Shown here piece by piece: positions 1-8,533 of a DNA stretch of 32,311 nucleotides. The notes beneath the pieces are model-generated. The model was given only the letters and a program-made list of their open reading frames with translations, was not told the origin of the DNA and did not search any database. This DNA is from Thermodesulfobacteriota bacterium (GTDB lineage Bacteria > Desulfobacterota > GWC2-55-46 > JADFVP01). Positions within the stretch are counted from its first letter, which is position 1, and each line of letters starts with the position of its first letter. A program made the translations under genes and the position numbers. The stretch is taken from assembly GCA_036986055.1 (NCBI GenBank), contig BTQV01000001.1, forward strand, positions 1 through 32,311. The letters are read 5' to 3'.

Positions 1-209
1 TATTTATCCGTAACCTAATCCGGTCAGTATTGCCAATCCATTGCGAAAATTGTGATACTACGGCAGTAAGCCCCTTGAAATCTATAGTGATTTTCCGCAC
101 TCAGGACAAAGTCCACACTCTTCGCCTTACCGGCTCATATGGCCCGGCCGGGGCGGTGGATAAAAATAGCCGAATACGCTAAAATTCAATAAAAAACAGC
201 CAAAAACGC

Positions 210-238
210 TTGACACACCGGTGGGGTTTTAGTAAGAT
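210..238 (+). promoter_or_regulatory. sigma70-type promoter upstream of atpE
   Basis: TTGACA at 210-215, a 17-nt spacer, then TAAGAT at 233-238. An AAGGAGG Shine-Dalgarno at 296-302 lies between it and the ATG at 314. Confidence 0.5.
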
Positions 239-313
239 TAAGCCTTTAAAAATCAAGGTTAGCATCTATAGTTAAAGAAGTTGGCAGAAAACATTAAGGA
301 GGTAGAACCTGTT

Positions 314-679
314 ATGAGAAAGAGTTTATTGTTATTCTTTGTCGCTCTTGCCGTGACCCTTGTCGCTGTACCGGACGTGTGGGCGGAAGCGGCGAAGGCC
401 GCCACTGCCGGGTCGGCAGTCGGCCTGAACACTTCGTATTTTACTATTGTGGCAGTCACAGCGGCAGCCGCAATGACCCTGGCCGCGTGCGTGGTAGGGT
501 TTGGACAGAGCCTGTCCATAAAATCAGCGCTGGAGGGTATAGCGAGAAACCCGGGCAGCTCCGGTAAGATTCTCCCCACACTCCTCCTCGGACTCGCCAT
601 GATGGAGTCCCTGGCCATATATGTTCTCGTTATCGCATTAATACTGCTCTTCGCCAACCCGTTCCTCAGTTTCTTTTAA
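314..679 (+). CDS. atpE: F-type ATP synthase Fo subunit c with an N-terminal signal-peptide-like extension
   Basis: Hairpin protein with the loop motif EGIARNPG and helix 2 [24 protein letters not shown] carrying the carboxylate. The ORF track starts at a TTG at 281. The ATG at 314, 11 nt after AAGGAGG, is preferred. The N-terminus [26 protein letters not shown] looks like a cleavable signal peptide. Confidence 0.9.
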   Translation: MRKSLLLFFVALAVTLVAVPDVWAEAAKAATAGSAVGLNTSYFTIVAVTAAAAMTLAACVVGFGQSLSIKSALEGIARNPGSSGKILPTLLLGLAMMESLAIYVLVIALILLFANPFLSFF

Positions 680-693
680 ACTGAAGAGAGGGG

Positions 694-720
694 CCTTCGC
701 AAGAAGGTTTTAAATTTTTT
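694..720 (+). terminator. Rho-independent terminator candidate after atpE
   Basis: CCTTC-GCAA-GAAGG hairpin followed by TTTTAAATTTTTT, 15 nt after the atpE stop. Confidence 0.5.
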
Positions 721-757
721 CAGGTTTATTTTCTTACTTTTCTGCCGCCTTATGAAC

Positions 758-805
758 AAAGGCCCCGCTCTTTCAGAGTGGGGCCTTTGTTCGTGCTTTT
801 TTATC
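758..805 (+). terminator. Second, stronger rho-independent terminator; possibly bidirectional for the convergent act operon
   Basis: AAAGGCCCC (758-766) pairs with GGGGCCTTT (780-788) across a 13-nt loop. GTTCGTGCTTTTTT follows. Confidence 0.6.
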
Positions 806-1108
806 TCTTCCTTATGAACAGGGTTTGATTGTCACGCCCCTTTGACGAGCCTCGCGCGTCCCAACTCCGGACCGGCCTTACCCCCCTTCTCTGCACAACC
901 TCGCAATGGCCTCCACAAATGGTCATGCCATGAAGTTCCTTCCATGACTTCCTTTCCGTGCCTTAGACGGCGGGCCAGAGCGCGTAGGGGAGGATTCATA
1001 AGGGGCCTCCTCGTCGTAGCCAGAGGCCTTATCGGGCAGACTGTCGTCATTATACTATACGGTGTATGGGAGGACTTTCTGCGAGGTGAGGACTGACTGT
1101 AGCCTGAG

Positions 1109-2251
1109 TCAATGACCTTTTTTGACAATGGCAGTCGTTACCGTAACTTCGGGGAATAACAAGAGGAAGCACTTGATGGAAAGCAGGGCCGCGGAGATCC
1201 CTCCCGCTATGAGTGCAACACCGGCCCAGTTGGCTGCGGCCGAGACATCACCATCAGTATATATGGGGATTATCATGAGGTAGCGGTTAGCGAGCATCCC
1301 GACGATGATTATTACAGCGACAACGGCAAGCGCGTTGGCGGACTGCTTAAAACGCCTGTAGAGCAGAGCCAGGAAGGGCAGAAAGAAGACACCCAGTATC
1401 ATCAGTGTAAAGGCTGGGCTGAAAACACCCCTCATCTGCTTGAAGACCGGACCTGAACGTGCTGGAACCGAGCCGTACCACGCGACGATATGTTGCGACC
1501 AGAACATATATATAACAAGGAGCGCGAAGCCGAGGAGCACCTTGGCCATGGAGTCCAGGGTGTTCTTATCGTGTCCTATGCCCGGGGCTCTGCGGAGGAA
1601 ATGCAACGAGATGAGGAACAAAAACGCCGTGCCGACCAACAGGTTGCCGGACCAGAAGTAGGGGGCGAAGATAGTACTCTCCCAGTGCTTTATAGCCGTC
1701 ATGCCGAATTCCCAGGCGAGGTTGGTGTTGGCGATAACATAGAAGATGCAAACGAAAGCGGGCGGAATGTTCGTCATCCCTTTTGAAGAGCCCGTCAACT
1801 CTCTTTTTCTCTCATCCTCGCGGCCCCTATAGAAATAGATGTAACTCGCCAGATAGAAGAGCGCCTGGGTGATGAAAAACCTCCAGAAGAAGAGCCCCTT
1901 GCCGAGCCACGGGCTTACGTGTTCGCCGGCCGCGCCCTCTGCATGCGGGGCGGCCCAGTAAAAGAGGTGTTCCATGCCGCCGAAGTATATGACAAGGAAC
2001 ATGACGATTACTACTGGAATAAACGACAGGTTCAGTATCTCGCCGAGCCTCGAATAATAACTGCCCCATCCGGACTTTGATATCTTCATAATCGCGGAAA
2101 AGGCCGCCCCGGTCTGGGTGATCCCCAGCAGAAAAACAAAACTCATTGAGAACATGGCCCATGCCGTGGTGGAGTCAGCGGCTGAGACAACGGCGTATGC
2201 AAACGACCCTATGCCGTGGATGAGCAGTATTATAAGTATCCAAAAGAGCAT
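1109..2251 (-). CDS. actF: Alternative complex III subunit ActF-like polytopic membrane protein
   Basis: 380-aa highly hydrophobic multi-TM protein, last gene of the act-ordered operon. A GGGAGAGAAGG Shine-Dalgarno lies in the 14-nt gap after actE. The family call is based on operon position and composition. Confidence 0.7.
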   Translation of the reverse strand: MLFWILIILLIHGIGSFAYAVVSAADSTTAWAMFSMSFVFLLGITQTGAAFSAIMKISKSGWGSYYSRLGEILNLSFIPVVIVMFLVIYFGGMEHLFYWAAPHAEGAAGEHVSPWLGKGLFFWRFFITQALFYLASYIYFYRGREDERKRELTGSSKGMTNIPPAFVCIFYVIANTNLAWEFGMTAIKHWESTIFAPYFWSGNLLVGTAFLFLISLHFLRRAPGIGHDKNTLDSMAKVLLGFALLVIYMFWSQHIVAWYGSVPARSGPVFKQMRGVFSPAFTLMILGVFFLPFLALLYRRFKQSANALAVVAVIIIVGMLANRYLMIIPIYTDGDVSAAANWAGVALIAGGISAALLSIKCFLLLFPEVTVTTAIVKKGH

Positions 2252-2265
2252 ATTACCTTCTCTCC

Positions 2266-2772
2266 CTATTCCTCTTGTGCCAGTCCGTTCTTGATATAGT
2301 TAATAATGTTCCATCTTTCCATCTTGGGAACGGCATCCCTGTAACTCGGCATTATGGCGAGCCCGCCGTTTGTGATGGTGTAATATATATCACCGTCTGG
2401 CTTTGTCTGGACATAGTCTAACGTCAGGTCCGTTGGGGCGATGTACTTTTTACCAACCGGGCCGTCACCGTGTCCCGTCTTCCCGTGACAGGTGGCGCAG
2501 TATATGCCAAAAAACTTCCTGCCCTGCTCAATGGATTTATGCGTCGGAGCATTGGGATTTTTTAATGACGCGGCCTCGGTCCTGTCCTTAGCGTAAAAAG
2601 GCTTGCCCTTTGTAGAGACGGTGCCTTCGGGCTGAGGGGGAGCGACATCTTCCTGCGCCCTGTGGCTCTGCTGGTGGAAGAAATCCCATGACCACGGCAT
2701 GGCCGCCGCAGTACCACAGGCCACGAAAAAAAAGAAGACCGTCGACAAATGAATTAACTTAATCCTCTTCAA
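2266..2772 (-). CDS. actE: ACIII monohaem cytochrome c subunit ActE, probable lipoprotein
   Basis: Single CATCHG haem c motif and a later IMPSY Met ligand region. I place the start at the TTG at 2772 (KRIKLIHLSTVFFFFVAC, lipobox-like FVAC), overlapping the actD stop by 14 nt. The longer track ORF to 2889 runs through actD coding sequence. Confidence 0.75.
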   Translation of the reverse strand: MKRIKLIHLSTVFFFFVACGTAAAMPWSWDFFHQQSHRAQEDVAPPQPEGTVSTKGKPFYAKDRTEAASLKNPNAPTHKSIEQGRKFFGIYCATCHGKTGHGDGPVGKKYIAPTDLTLDYVQTKPDGDIYYTITNGGLAIMPSYRDAVPKMERWNIINYIKNGLAQEE

Positions 2773-3274
2773 AACTTTTAACCTCGTAGGCGTCGTGTTC
2801 CAGGAGTATACCCCTGACGTCTTCAAACCTGTCCTCTCTGACACCTTCGACGAGCAGACCAAAGGTGTCGGAACCAATATCGGGATCATCGATTTTATTA
2901 TTAAACGACGGCAGCCCGGCCAAAATCACAAAACCGACAAGCGTCATCAGCACACCTGCGAGTATGGTTGTCTCATAGGATATCAGCAGCGTCGGCGTTA
3001 TCGAGATGATGGGCCTGCCGCCTCTGGGAAGAATGTAGAGCAACGCAGTGCTTATCGCCATGAAGGTGCCTCCTATAAACCCGGCGATGGCACCGATGAG
3101 CGTAAAATACCTGAGATATCTCTTCGCCTTGCTCGGCCCGAACTCGGCCTCAATCTCGTGGATCAGCGGTATGGGCGAAAATATCTTGAATTTGTAACCT
3201 GCGAGGTGCAGACCCCGGGCCGCCTTTATGAGCGTGTCAACATATTTGAATTTTCCCAGGAGCGAATTACGCAT
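2759..3274 (-). CDS. actD: ACIII subunit ActD (DUF3341-type, two-TM)
   Basis: 171 aa with two central TM helices. The ATG immediately follows the actC TAG stop, with GGAGGAGG upstream. Position and size match ActD in actABCDEF operons. Confidence 0.7.
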   Translation of the reverse strand: MRNSLLGKFKYVDTLIKAARGLHLAGYKFKIFSPIPLIHEIEAEFGPSKAKRYLRYFTLIGAIAGFIGGTFMAISTALLYILPRGGRPIISITPTLLISYETTILAGVLMTLVGFVILAGLPSFNNKIDDPDIGSDTFGLLVEGVREDRFEDVRGILLEHDAYEVKSFEED

Positions 3275-4642
3275 CTATACCTCCTCCCCCGTATCTTCTG
3301 ATATGCCGCCTTGTTCAGGAACACCCAGGTCCTCTTTGACCTCGAAGACCGAGATAACCGGGAAAATCTTTATAGAGGCCATAAACATGGCGATGAAGAA
3401 GGCGAAACTGCCGGCGGTGATTGATATCTCCACCCAGCTCGGTGAATAACCGTTCCACGCCCAGGGCAGGAATTTACGCGACAATGAATTCGGTATTATA
3501 AGGTACCTTTCGAGCCACATACCCACAAAGACAAGCAGTGATATGCCGAACATGGCCGCTGCGCGCTTGCGCACCTTTCTGGAGATAAGCGCCAGGGGCA
3601 GTATGCTATTCGTGAATATCATGAGCGCGAAGAGCTGCATGGACGGTGGGGTCAATATCTTGTATCTAAGGGACTCTATCTCATAGGAGGTGTTGGCGTA
3701 CAGCCCCGTAAAGACCTCAAGGGCCGTACAATAGGTCCACACCAGCGACAGTAACAGCATAAAGGTCCCTATCTTGTCGTAGTGGATCTCGGTTATGTAT
3801 TTCCTGACAAAGGGGAAACACCACCTCAGTATCAATGTCATCATAGTAACGGCGGCGAAACCCGACAGAAGCGCCCCGGTGACAAAGTAGGGAGCGAAGA
3901 TGGTCTTGCTGAAACCGGGCACGACGGAGAGGGCGAAGTCCCAGGATACGATGCTGTGCACGGACACGACGAGCGGCATTATGAACGATGCAAAATACAT
4001 GGTGGCCCTGCCCTGAACAAACCACTGTTTGTCTGTGCCCTGCCATCCCAGCGACAGTTTGGTGTAAAGCCACTTCCTCCACCCCGTGGCATCGTGCTTC
4101 AGGGAGGCGAGGTCCGGTATCATCCCGAAGTAGAGAAAGACGACGCTGCTGGTAAAGTACGTGCTGATGGCGAAGACGTCGAACATGAGAGGCGAGACGA
4201 AGTTGACCCAGATGGTCCTCTGGTTCGGGTAAGGCATGGTCCAATAAAAATTCCAGGGACGGCCCATGTGAATAAATATGAAGAGCGTAACCAGAACGAG
4301 GGCGAAGAGCGTCATGGTCTCAGCCCCCCTGGCTATGGACCTGCGCCACGGCGTCTTGGTTATGTAGAGCATCGCCGAGATGAGCGTTCCCGCATGCGCC
4401 ACCCCGACCCAGAAGACGAAGTTAACGAGGTAGACGCCCCAGAAGACGGGCATGTTCAGACCCGTCACACCCTGGCCTTTGTATATCTGGTAAGCCCAGG
4501 GGGCGAAAAAGAGCGACACGGCGCTAACGGCCATGAAGCCCAGTATTACATAATAGACCGGACCGGTCCTGGTCATGAAGCCCAGGATGTCCTTGTTGGC
4601 GTTCTTATAATTATGCTTACTCATGCCCGGTGGTTGAGCCAT
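3275..4642 (-). CDS. actC: ACIII quinol-interacting NrfD/PsrC-family membrane subunit ActC
   Basis: 455-aa polytopic membrane protein of NrfD-like composition, directly downstream of the FeS subunit. The start overlaps the actB2 3' end; an alternative ATG lies at 4624. Confidence 0.8.
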   Translation of the reverse strand: MAQPPGMSKHNYKNANKDILGFMTRTGPVYYVILGFMAVSAVSLFFAPWAYQIYKGQGVTGLNMPVFWGVYLVNFVFWVGVAHAGTLISAMLYITKTPWRRSIARGAETMTLFALVLVTLFIFIHMGRPWNFYWTMPYPNQRTIWVNFVSPLMFDVFAISTYFTSSVVFLYFGMIPDLASLKHDATGWRKWLYTKLSLGWQGTDKQWFVQGRATMYFASFIMPLVVSVHSIVSWDFALSVVPGFSKTIFAPYFVTGALLSGFAAVTMMTLILRWCFPFVRKYITEIHYDKIGTFMLLLSLVWTYCTALEVFTGLYANTSYEIESLRYKILTPPSMQLFALMIFTNSILPLALISRKVRKRAAAMFGISLLVFVGMWLERYLIIPNSLSRKFLPWAWNGYSPSWVEISITAGSFAFFIAMFMASIKIFPVISVFEVKEDLGVPEQGGISEDTGEEV

Positions 4643-5399
4643 CCTTCATTACCCTTTTAAGGTATATTACTGAGGGAGAGGTGTTGAGCTCCTCGAGGAG
4701 CCTGTACTTTCTCTCGTTCTTCGCCAGTTTGGAGACCACGGACTTGGGATCGTTAAGGTCCCCGAAGCTGAGGGCGCCCGTGGGGCAGGACTGGACACAG
4801 GCCGGCTGCACATCACCATCCCCAACCTTTCTCTTCTCGTCCTTGGCCGTGTCCTTTGCGACCCTTATCCTCTGTATGCAGAACGTGCATTTCTCCATGA
4901 CCCCCATCTCGCGAACCGTGACATCGGGGTTCAACTGCTCGTCAAGGGGCTTTTCCCTCTTATAGGTGAACCAGTTGAAACGGCGCACGTCATAGGGACA
5001 GTACGTGGCGCATGTGTAGGTCCCAACGCAACGGTTATAGACCTGCACGTTAAGGCCGTCCTGGTTATGGTACGTCGCGTAAACAGGGCACCCTACCTCG
5101 CATGGTGCGCGGTCGCACTGCTGGCACATGATAGGGATGAACTTCACCTTCACGTTCGGGTACTCGCCCACTACGTACCTTTCGATCCTTAACCAGTTAA
5201 AGGCCCTGCCGTCCTTGCAGCCTTTCTTTCCCACGGTGGGCATATTGTTCTCGGCGTAGCAGGCCACCACGCAGGCCTCGCAACCATTGCACCTGTCAAT
5301 GTCCACCACCATGGTCCAGCGGTAATCGAGCTTCTCATAATAACCGGGTCTCCTGTAAGACTCGACCTGCTTTTTTATCTTCTCTAAGATACCCGCCAC
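4617..5399 (-). CDS. actB2: ACIII iron-sulfur subunit ActB2 (4-cluster ferredoxin of the CISM family)
   Basis: Cys clusters CNGCEACVVAC, CQQCDRAPCEVGC, CVGTYTCATYC and CTFC...CVQSC. The GTG start directly abuts the actB1 TAG stop, with AAGGAGAAGG upstream. Confidence 0.85.
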   Translation of the reverse strand: MAGILEKIKKQVESYRRPGYYEKLDYRWTMVVDIDRCNGCEACVVACYAENNMPTVGKKGCKDGRAFNWLRIERYVVGEYPNVKVKFIPIMCQQCDRAPCEVGCPVYATYHNQDGLNVQVYNRCVGTYTCATYCPYDVRRFNWFTYKREKPLDEQLNPDVTVREMGVMEKCTFCIQRIRVAKDTAKDEKRKVGDGDVQPACVQSCPTGALSFGDLNDPKSVVSKLAKNERKYRLLEELNTSPSVIYLKRVMKDGSTTGHE

Positions 5400-7709
5400 C
5401 TAAACCTTCTCCTTTTTGATTTTTTGATACTCATGGGGGGTTATGGTCTGGGCTATGGGCCTTCCGTAATCATTTGTAGAGGCCCCCAGTTTCACAAGGT
5501 CCGCGGCGCCGGAGGTTTTTTTGATACTCACACGCGTCACATTTAAGGCCATGGCACCTGAGTCACGGTCCCATACGGCCGGCAGTATCTCTATGGGGTT
5601 TGCGCCCCTGTCCTTGGCATATCTGCCGTAAATGCTGTGCCCCTGGCCTATTGGCACGGCCACCGTGTCGGGCCTTATGCCGGCGTAGAGATAGGCCGGG
5701 ACCTTTATCTGCCCGTAAGGCGACTCCACGGAGAGCAGCTCCCCTTCCTTGATGCCGAGTTTCTTTGCCGTAGCCGGGTTTATCTCCACCCAGCTCCCCC
5801 AGACAACCGACGTCATGGGGTCGGCCAATTCCTGGAGCCAGGGAAGGTTGGCGCCCCTGCCGTCGTAATAACCGGCCTGGGCATAAGGCAGGAGGTAAAA
5901 GGGATATTCGTTCTCGTCCCCCTTGAACGGCGCCTGCCCCGCGGGCAGAAGCCCCTTTACCTTTCCAACCGTCAGCGCCATCTTCTTCCTGGAATGTCTC
6001 TTCGTCGGCCACCAGCCGCCGTCCCGCAGGAGCCCGTTCCAGAACCCTTCAAAGGTAAGCGAAGAAGCGGCCGCCGTCTTATCCTTCCTGTAAAAATCTC
6101 TCCACGCCCCCTTAAGGTACTCTTGAAAATTCTTCGCAGTCAGGGAAGGGGTGAAGAAGTCCTTGTAGAGTCCCTTTACTTCCGTTCTTTCCGCTTCGTT
6201 GCGCAACCTACCGGCGAGAGACAAAAATATGTCGCCGGCTCCACGCGTATCATAGTAGGGGCTTACCACCGGCTGCATGAGTGTGGCGACAGGCACGCCC
6301 ACGCTGGGAGAAGCGATATCGTCACCCCAGTCCTCGAGAGAGGTATGGACGGGGAGAATGATGTCCGCCATAGCGGTCGTCTCGTCCATGAAACTCGCCA
6401 AACTGGCTATGAAGGGGATTTTATCCAAAGAGCCGTTAAGCCCGACTTCAGCAGGCGTAGTAAAGACAGGGTTCGTGTTGTAGACTAAAAGGGCCTTGAC
6501 CTTGCCCGACGAAGCCTTTTCCGCAAGCGTCCTTATTGACTTCTTGAAGTCGAGCCCGCCCGTTGCCTTTAACGTATGGAAGTCCTCGGGGTTGGGCCTT
6601 ACGCCGCCCTTTGCGCCGAGATTGCCGGCGAGGTGGTTCAGTATATTCACGGCCACAACGCCCGATACGCCGTTTTCGTAGGACGAGAGGGTTTCACCTG
6701 CCAGGGCAAGGCTCGGCCGTGTTCCGGCGAACTCCTCCGCTATGTGGTAAATCCTTTTCTTTTCGACTTCGGTTATTTTCGAGGCGGCCCCGGGGTTGAA
6801 TTTCTTTAACGCCGCCTTCCATCTTGCGCTGTCAGAGCCCTTGTAATAACCCTCCTCCACAATGGCGTAGGCTATCGCCAGCGCCAGGACGCCTTCAGTG
6901 CCCGGCTTTGCCGGGACCCATTCGTCGGCATTGGCGCCTGTAAGGGACATGCGCGGCTCCACCTGAACGAGACGGCCGCGCCTCCGGGGGTCGGACTGGC
7001 GCATTTCACCGTACCCGTAGCTGTAATTAACGGGGGATATCCATGTGCTTGAAAAATCCGCCCCGAAACTCAGGAGGTACTTCGTATTCCCAATGTCGTA
7101 GTGGGGTATGGCTTGAATCCCCATGGACGCCTTGTTGGCGAACTGGAGGTTTCTCTGCTGGAAGAGTTCGTACTGAAGGTAATTGGACGATCCGGACGCC
7201 CTGGTGAAATCCCCTATAAGTTTGCCGAGATGGCCGCCAAGGGAGGAGCTTAGGACAAAAAGCCCCTGGCCCCCGTCTTTTTCCTTGATATCTCCGATCT
7301 GGCGGGCCACCGTCTTAAGGGCCTCGTCCCAGGATATCTCCTTGAACTTCCCCGAGCCCCTCTCGCCGGTTCTCTTCATGGGCCCCTGTATCCTGTCGGG
7401 GTTATAAAGGGCTTGCAGTGAGGCCTGCCCCCTGGCGCAGAGTTTTCCCTTGTTTACCGGGTGCTTGGGGTTGCCCTCGATCTTCTTGGCCCTCCCCTCC
7501 ATCACCCTTACGATTGTGCCGCAACCGGCGTCGCACTGGGTGCAGAGGCTCGAAAACCATGAAGCCACGCCCGGAATCAGGTCCTCTGGGGGGATCAGGT
7601 ATGGTATGAGATTGGCGCCGGGCGGGGCTGACTTCTTGCCGAAAAATATCCCGAGGGCCGTGCCCAGGCCGCCTGCGCCTATATATTTAAGGAAGTCTCT
7701 CCGTTTCAT
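5400..7709 (-). CDS. actB1: ACIII molybdopterin-oxidoreductase-like subunit ActB1, Tat-exported
   Basis: Twin-arginine signal MKRRDFLKYIGAGG. N-terminal CX2CX3CX27C motif (CTQCDAGC...KLCARG). 769 aa of MopB-superfamily architecture, encoded separately from the FeS subunit. Confidence 0.8.
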   Translation of the reverse strand: MKRRDFLKYIGAGGLGTALGIFFGKKSAPPGANLIPYLIPPEDLIPGVASWFSSLCTQCDAGCGTIVRVMEGRAKKIEGNPKHPVNKGKLCARGQASLQALYNPDRIQGPMKRTGERGSGKFKEISWDEALKTVARQIGDIKEKDGGQGLFVLSSSLGGHLGKLIGDFTRASGSSNYLQYELFQQRNLQFANKASMGIQAIPHYDIGNTKYLLSFGADFSSTWISPVNYSYGYGEMRQSDPRRRGRLVQVEPRMSLTGANADEWVPAKPGTEGVLALAIAYAIVEEGYYKGSDSARWKAALKKFNPGAASKITEVEKKRIYHIAEEFAGTRPSLALAGETLSSYENGVSGVVAVNILNHLAGNLGAKGGVRPNPEDFHTLKATGGLDFKKSIRTLAEKASSGKVKALLVYNTNPVFTTPAEVGLNGSLDKIPFIASLASFMDETTAMADIILPVHTSLEDWGDDIASPSVGVPVATLMQPVVSPYYDTRGAGDIFLSLAGRLRNEAERTEVKGLYKDFFTPSLTAKNFQEYLKGAWRDFYRKDKTAAASSLTFEGFWNGLLRDGGWWPTKRHSRKKMALTVGKVKGLLPAGQAPFKGDENEYPFYLLPYAQAGYYDGRGANLPWLQELADPMTSVVWGSWVEINPATAKKLGIKEGELLSVESPYGQIKVPAYLYAGIRPDTVAVPIGQGHSIYGRYAKDRGANPIEILPAVWDRDSGAMALNVTRVSIKKTSGAADLVKLGASTNDYGRPIAQTITPHEYQKIKKEKV

Positions 7710-7788
7710 CTCTACCCGTCTCAGGCCCTTTTCTTTTGTCTATGCAGTCTATTTGCCCGTCAGTTATCTCTCAAAAACCGCAACAGCG

Positions 7789-8301
7789 CTAAATGTGGCA
7801 GGTCCAGCAATCATAGCCGTTCTTCACCTCGTACTTCGCATGACACTTCAGACACCATCCCATCTTGAGCGACGACACCCGCTTTATACGAGGCATGGAC
7901 GCCACGTCGCCGTGACAGTCGCTGCATACGCGCCCCGCCTTGATGTGCCTCTTGTGGGGGAAGTAGACATAGTCCGGGAGGTTGTGAACCTTTATCCACG
8001 GAATCGGCTCCTTCTTGTCCCAGTACGACGTGAGTTTCTTTATCTCGGGAGAATCAGTCTTTATAATCTTATGGCACCCCATGCACCTCTGTACATTGGG
8101 CACACCGGAGACCCTGGACCTGTAGACATAGGAATGACAGTACATGCATGGAATCGAATTGTCACCTGCGTGTATCTTGTGGCTGAAATTAATGGGCTGA
8201 ACTGGGGCGAGGTCGGTAAGAAAGGCGGCGTTTATGCCGTAGCCCACACCAAAGGCTATGACAAAGACAACGGCTGCTATGATAAGGTTTTTAAGTTTCA
8301 T
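7789..8301 (-). CDS. actA: ACIII pentahaem cytochrome c subunit ActA
   Basis: N-terminal TM anchor plus five CXXCH motifs: CMYCH, CMGCH, CSDCH, CLKCH and CWTCH. First gene of the operon. Confidence 0.85.
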   Translation of the reverse strand: MKLKNLIIAAVVFVIAFGVGYGINAAFLTDLAPVQPINFSHKIHAGDNSIPCMYCHSYVYRSRVSGVPNVQRCMGCHKIIKTDSPEIKKLTSYWDKKEPIPWIKVHNLPDYVYFPHKRHIKAGRVCSDCHGDVASMPRIKRVSSLKMGWCLKCHAKYEVKNGYDCWTCHI

Positions 8302-8505
8302 ATAGGCAGTATGGTTTTCTTAAAGTGTTAAGGGCCTGGCCATTCCAACGACTTCCCCTGTGGTTCAAGGGAAAAAAAACCCCTCTATACTACACAGACA
8401 CCGAAATCCTGCCTTCGATACTGAACCCTTCTACCTGCTTGAATAGAGCAAGAGATATGAATGGAAACTTCAGATATAAAAAATGTCACTTGGATTAGAG
8501 GGGAT

Positions 8506-8533
8506 AATATACTAAAATAAATCGTCTTGTCAA
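8506..8533 (-). promoter_or_regulatory. sigma70-type promoter candidate for the act operon
   Basis: On the minus strand, TTGACA (8533-8528), a 16-nt spacer, then TATATT (8511-8506). It lies about 205 nt upstream of the actA start. Confidence 0.45.

Noticed and set aside
1-18. A possible 3' end of an upstream atpB gene. Frame 1 reads Y-L-S-V-T-stop.
   Set aside because: Only five codons are visible, which is far too little to call. The consensus promoter at 210-238 and the 260-nt gap argue that atpE is transcribed on its own regardless.
141-160. GC-rich 10-bp palindromes containing GGCCGGCC (CCCGGCCGGG near 145-154 and GGGCCGGCCC near 8625-8634), considered as a REP-like repeat family.
   Set aside because: There are only two short occurrences with no shared flanking sequence, which is expected by chance in GC-rich intergenic DNA.
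832-1128. ORFs of 98 aa (minus strand) and 84 aa (plus strand, 842-1096) in the roughly 300-bp gap between actF and the atpE terminators; a possible small ActG-like subunit.
   Set aside because: Both translations are Arg/Pro/Gly-rich with no TM helix, no Shine-Dalgarno and no recognisable motif. This is typical of random ORFs in GC-rich non-coding DNA. The region remains unexplained but cannot be supported as coding.
3782-4660. Long antisense or overlapping ORFs inside real genes, for example 3782-4660, 5637-6488, 7450-8331, 8919-9737, 10227-10895, 16453-17082, 18517-19194, 27107-27763, 28020-28769, 20440-20862 and 259-657.
   Set aside because: Each lies opposite or out of frame to a gene with strong family motifs, and each has an Arg/Gly/Pro/His-rich low-complexity translation. 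These are shadow ORFs expected at this GC content.
5400-7709. Calling ActB1 an active molybdoenzyme (polysulfide, thiosulfate or tetrathionate reductase-like catalytic subunit).
   Set aside because: Tat signal and the FS0 cysteines are visible, but I cannot identify the Mo-ligand or pterin-binding residues by eye. The flanking ActA, ActD, ActE and ActF genes fit ACIII better than Psr, Phs or Ttr operons.
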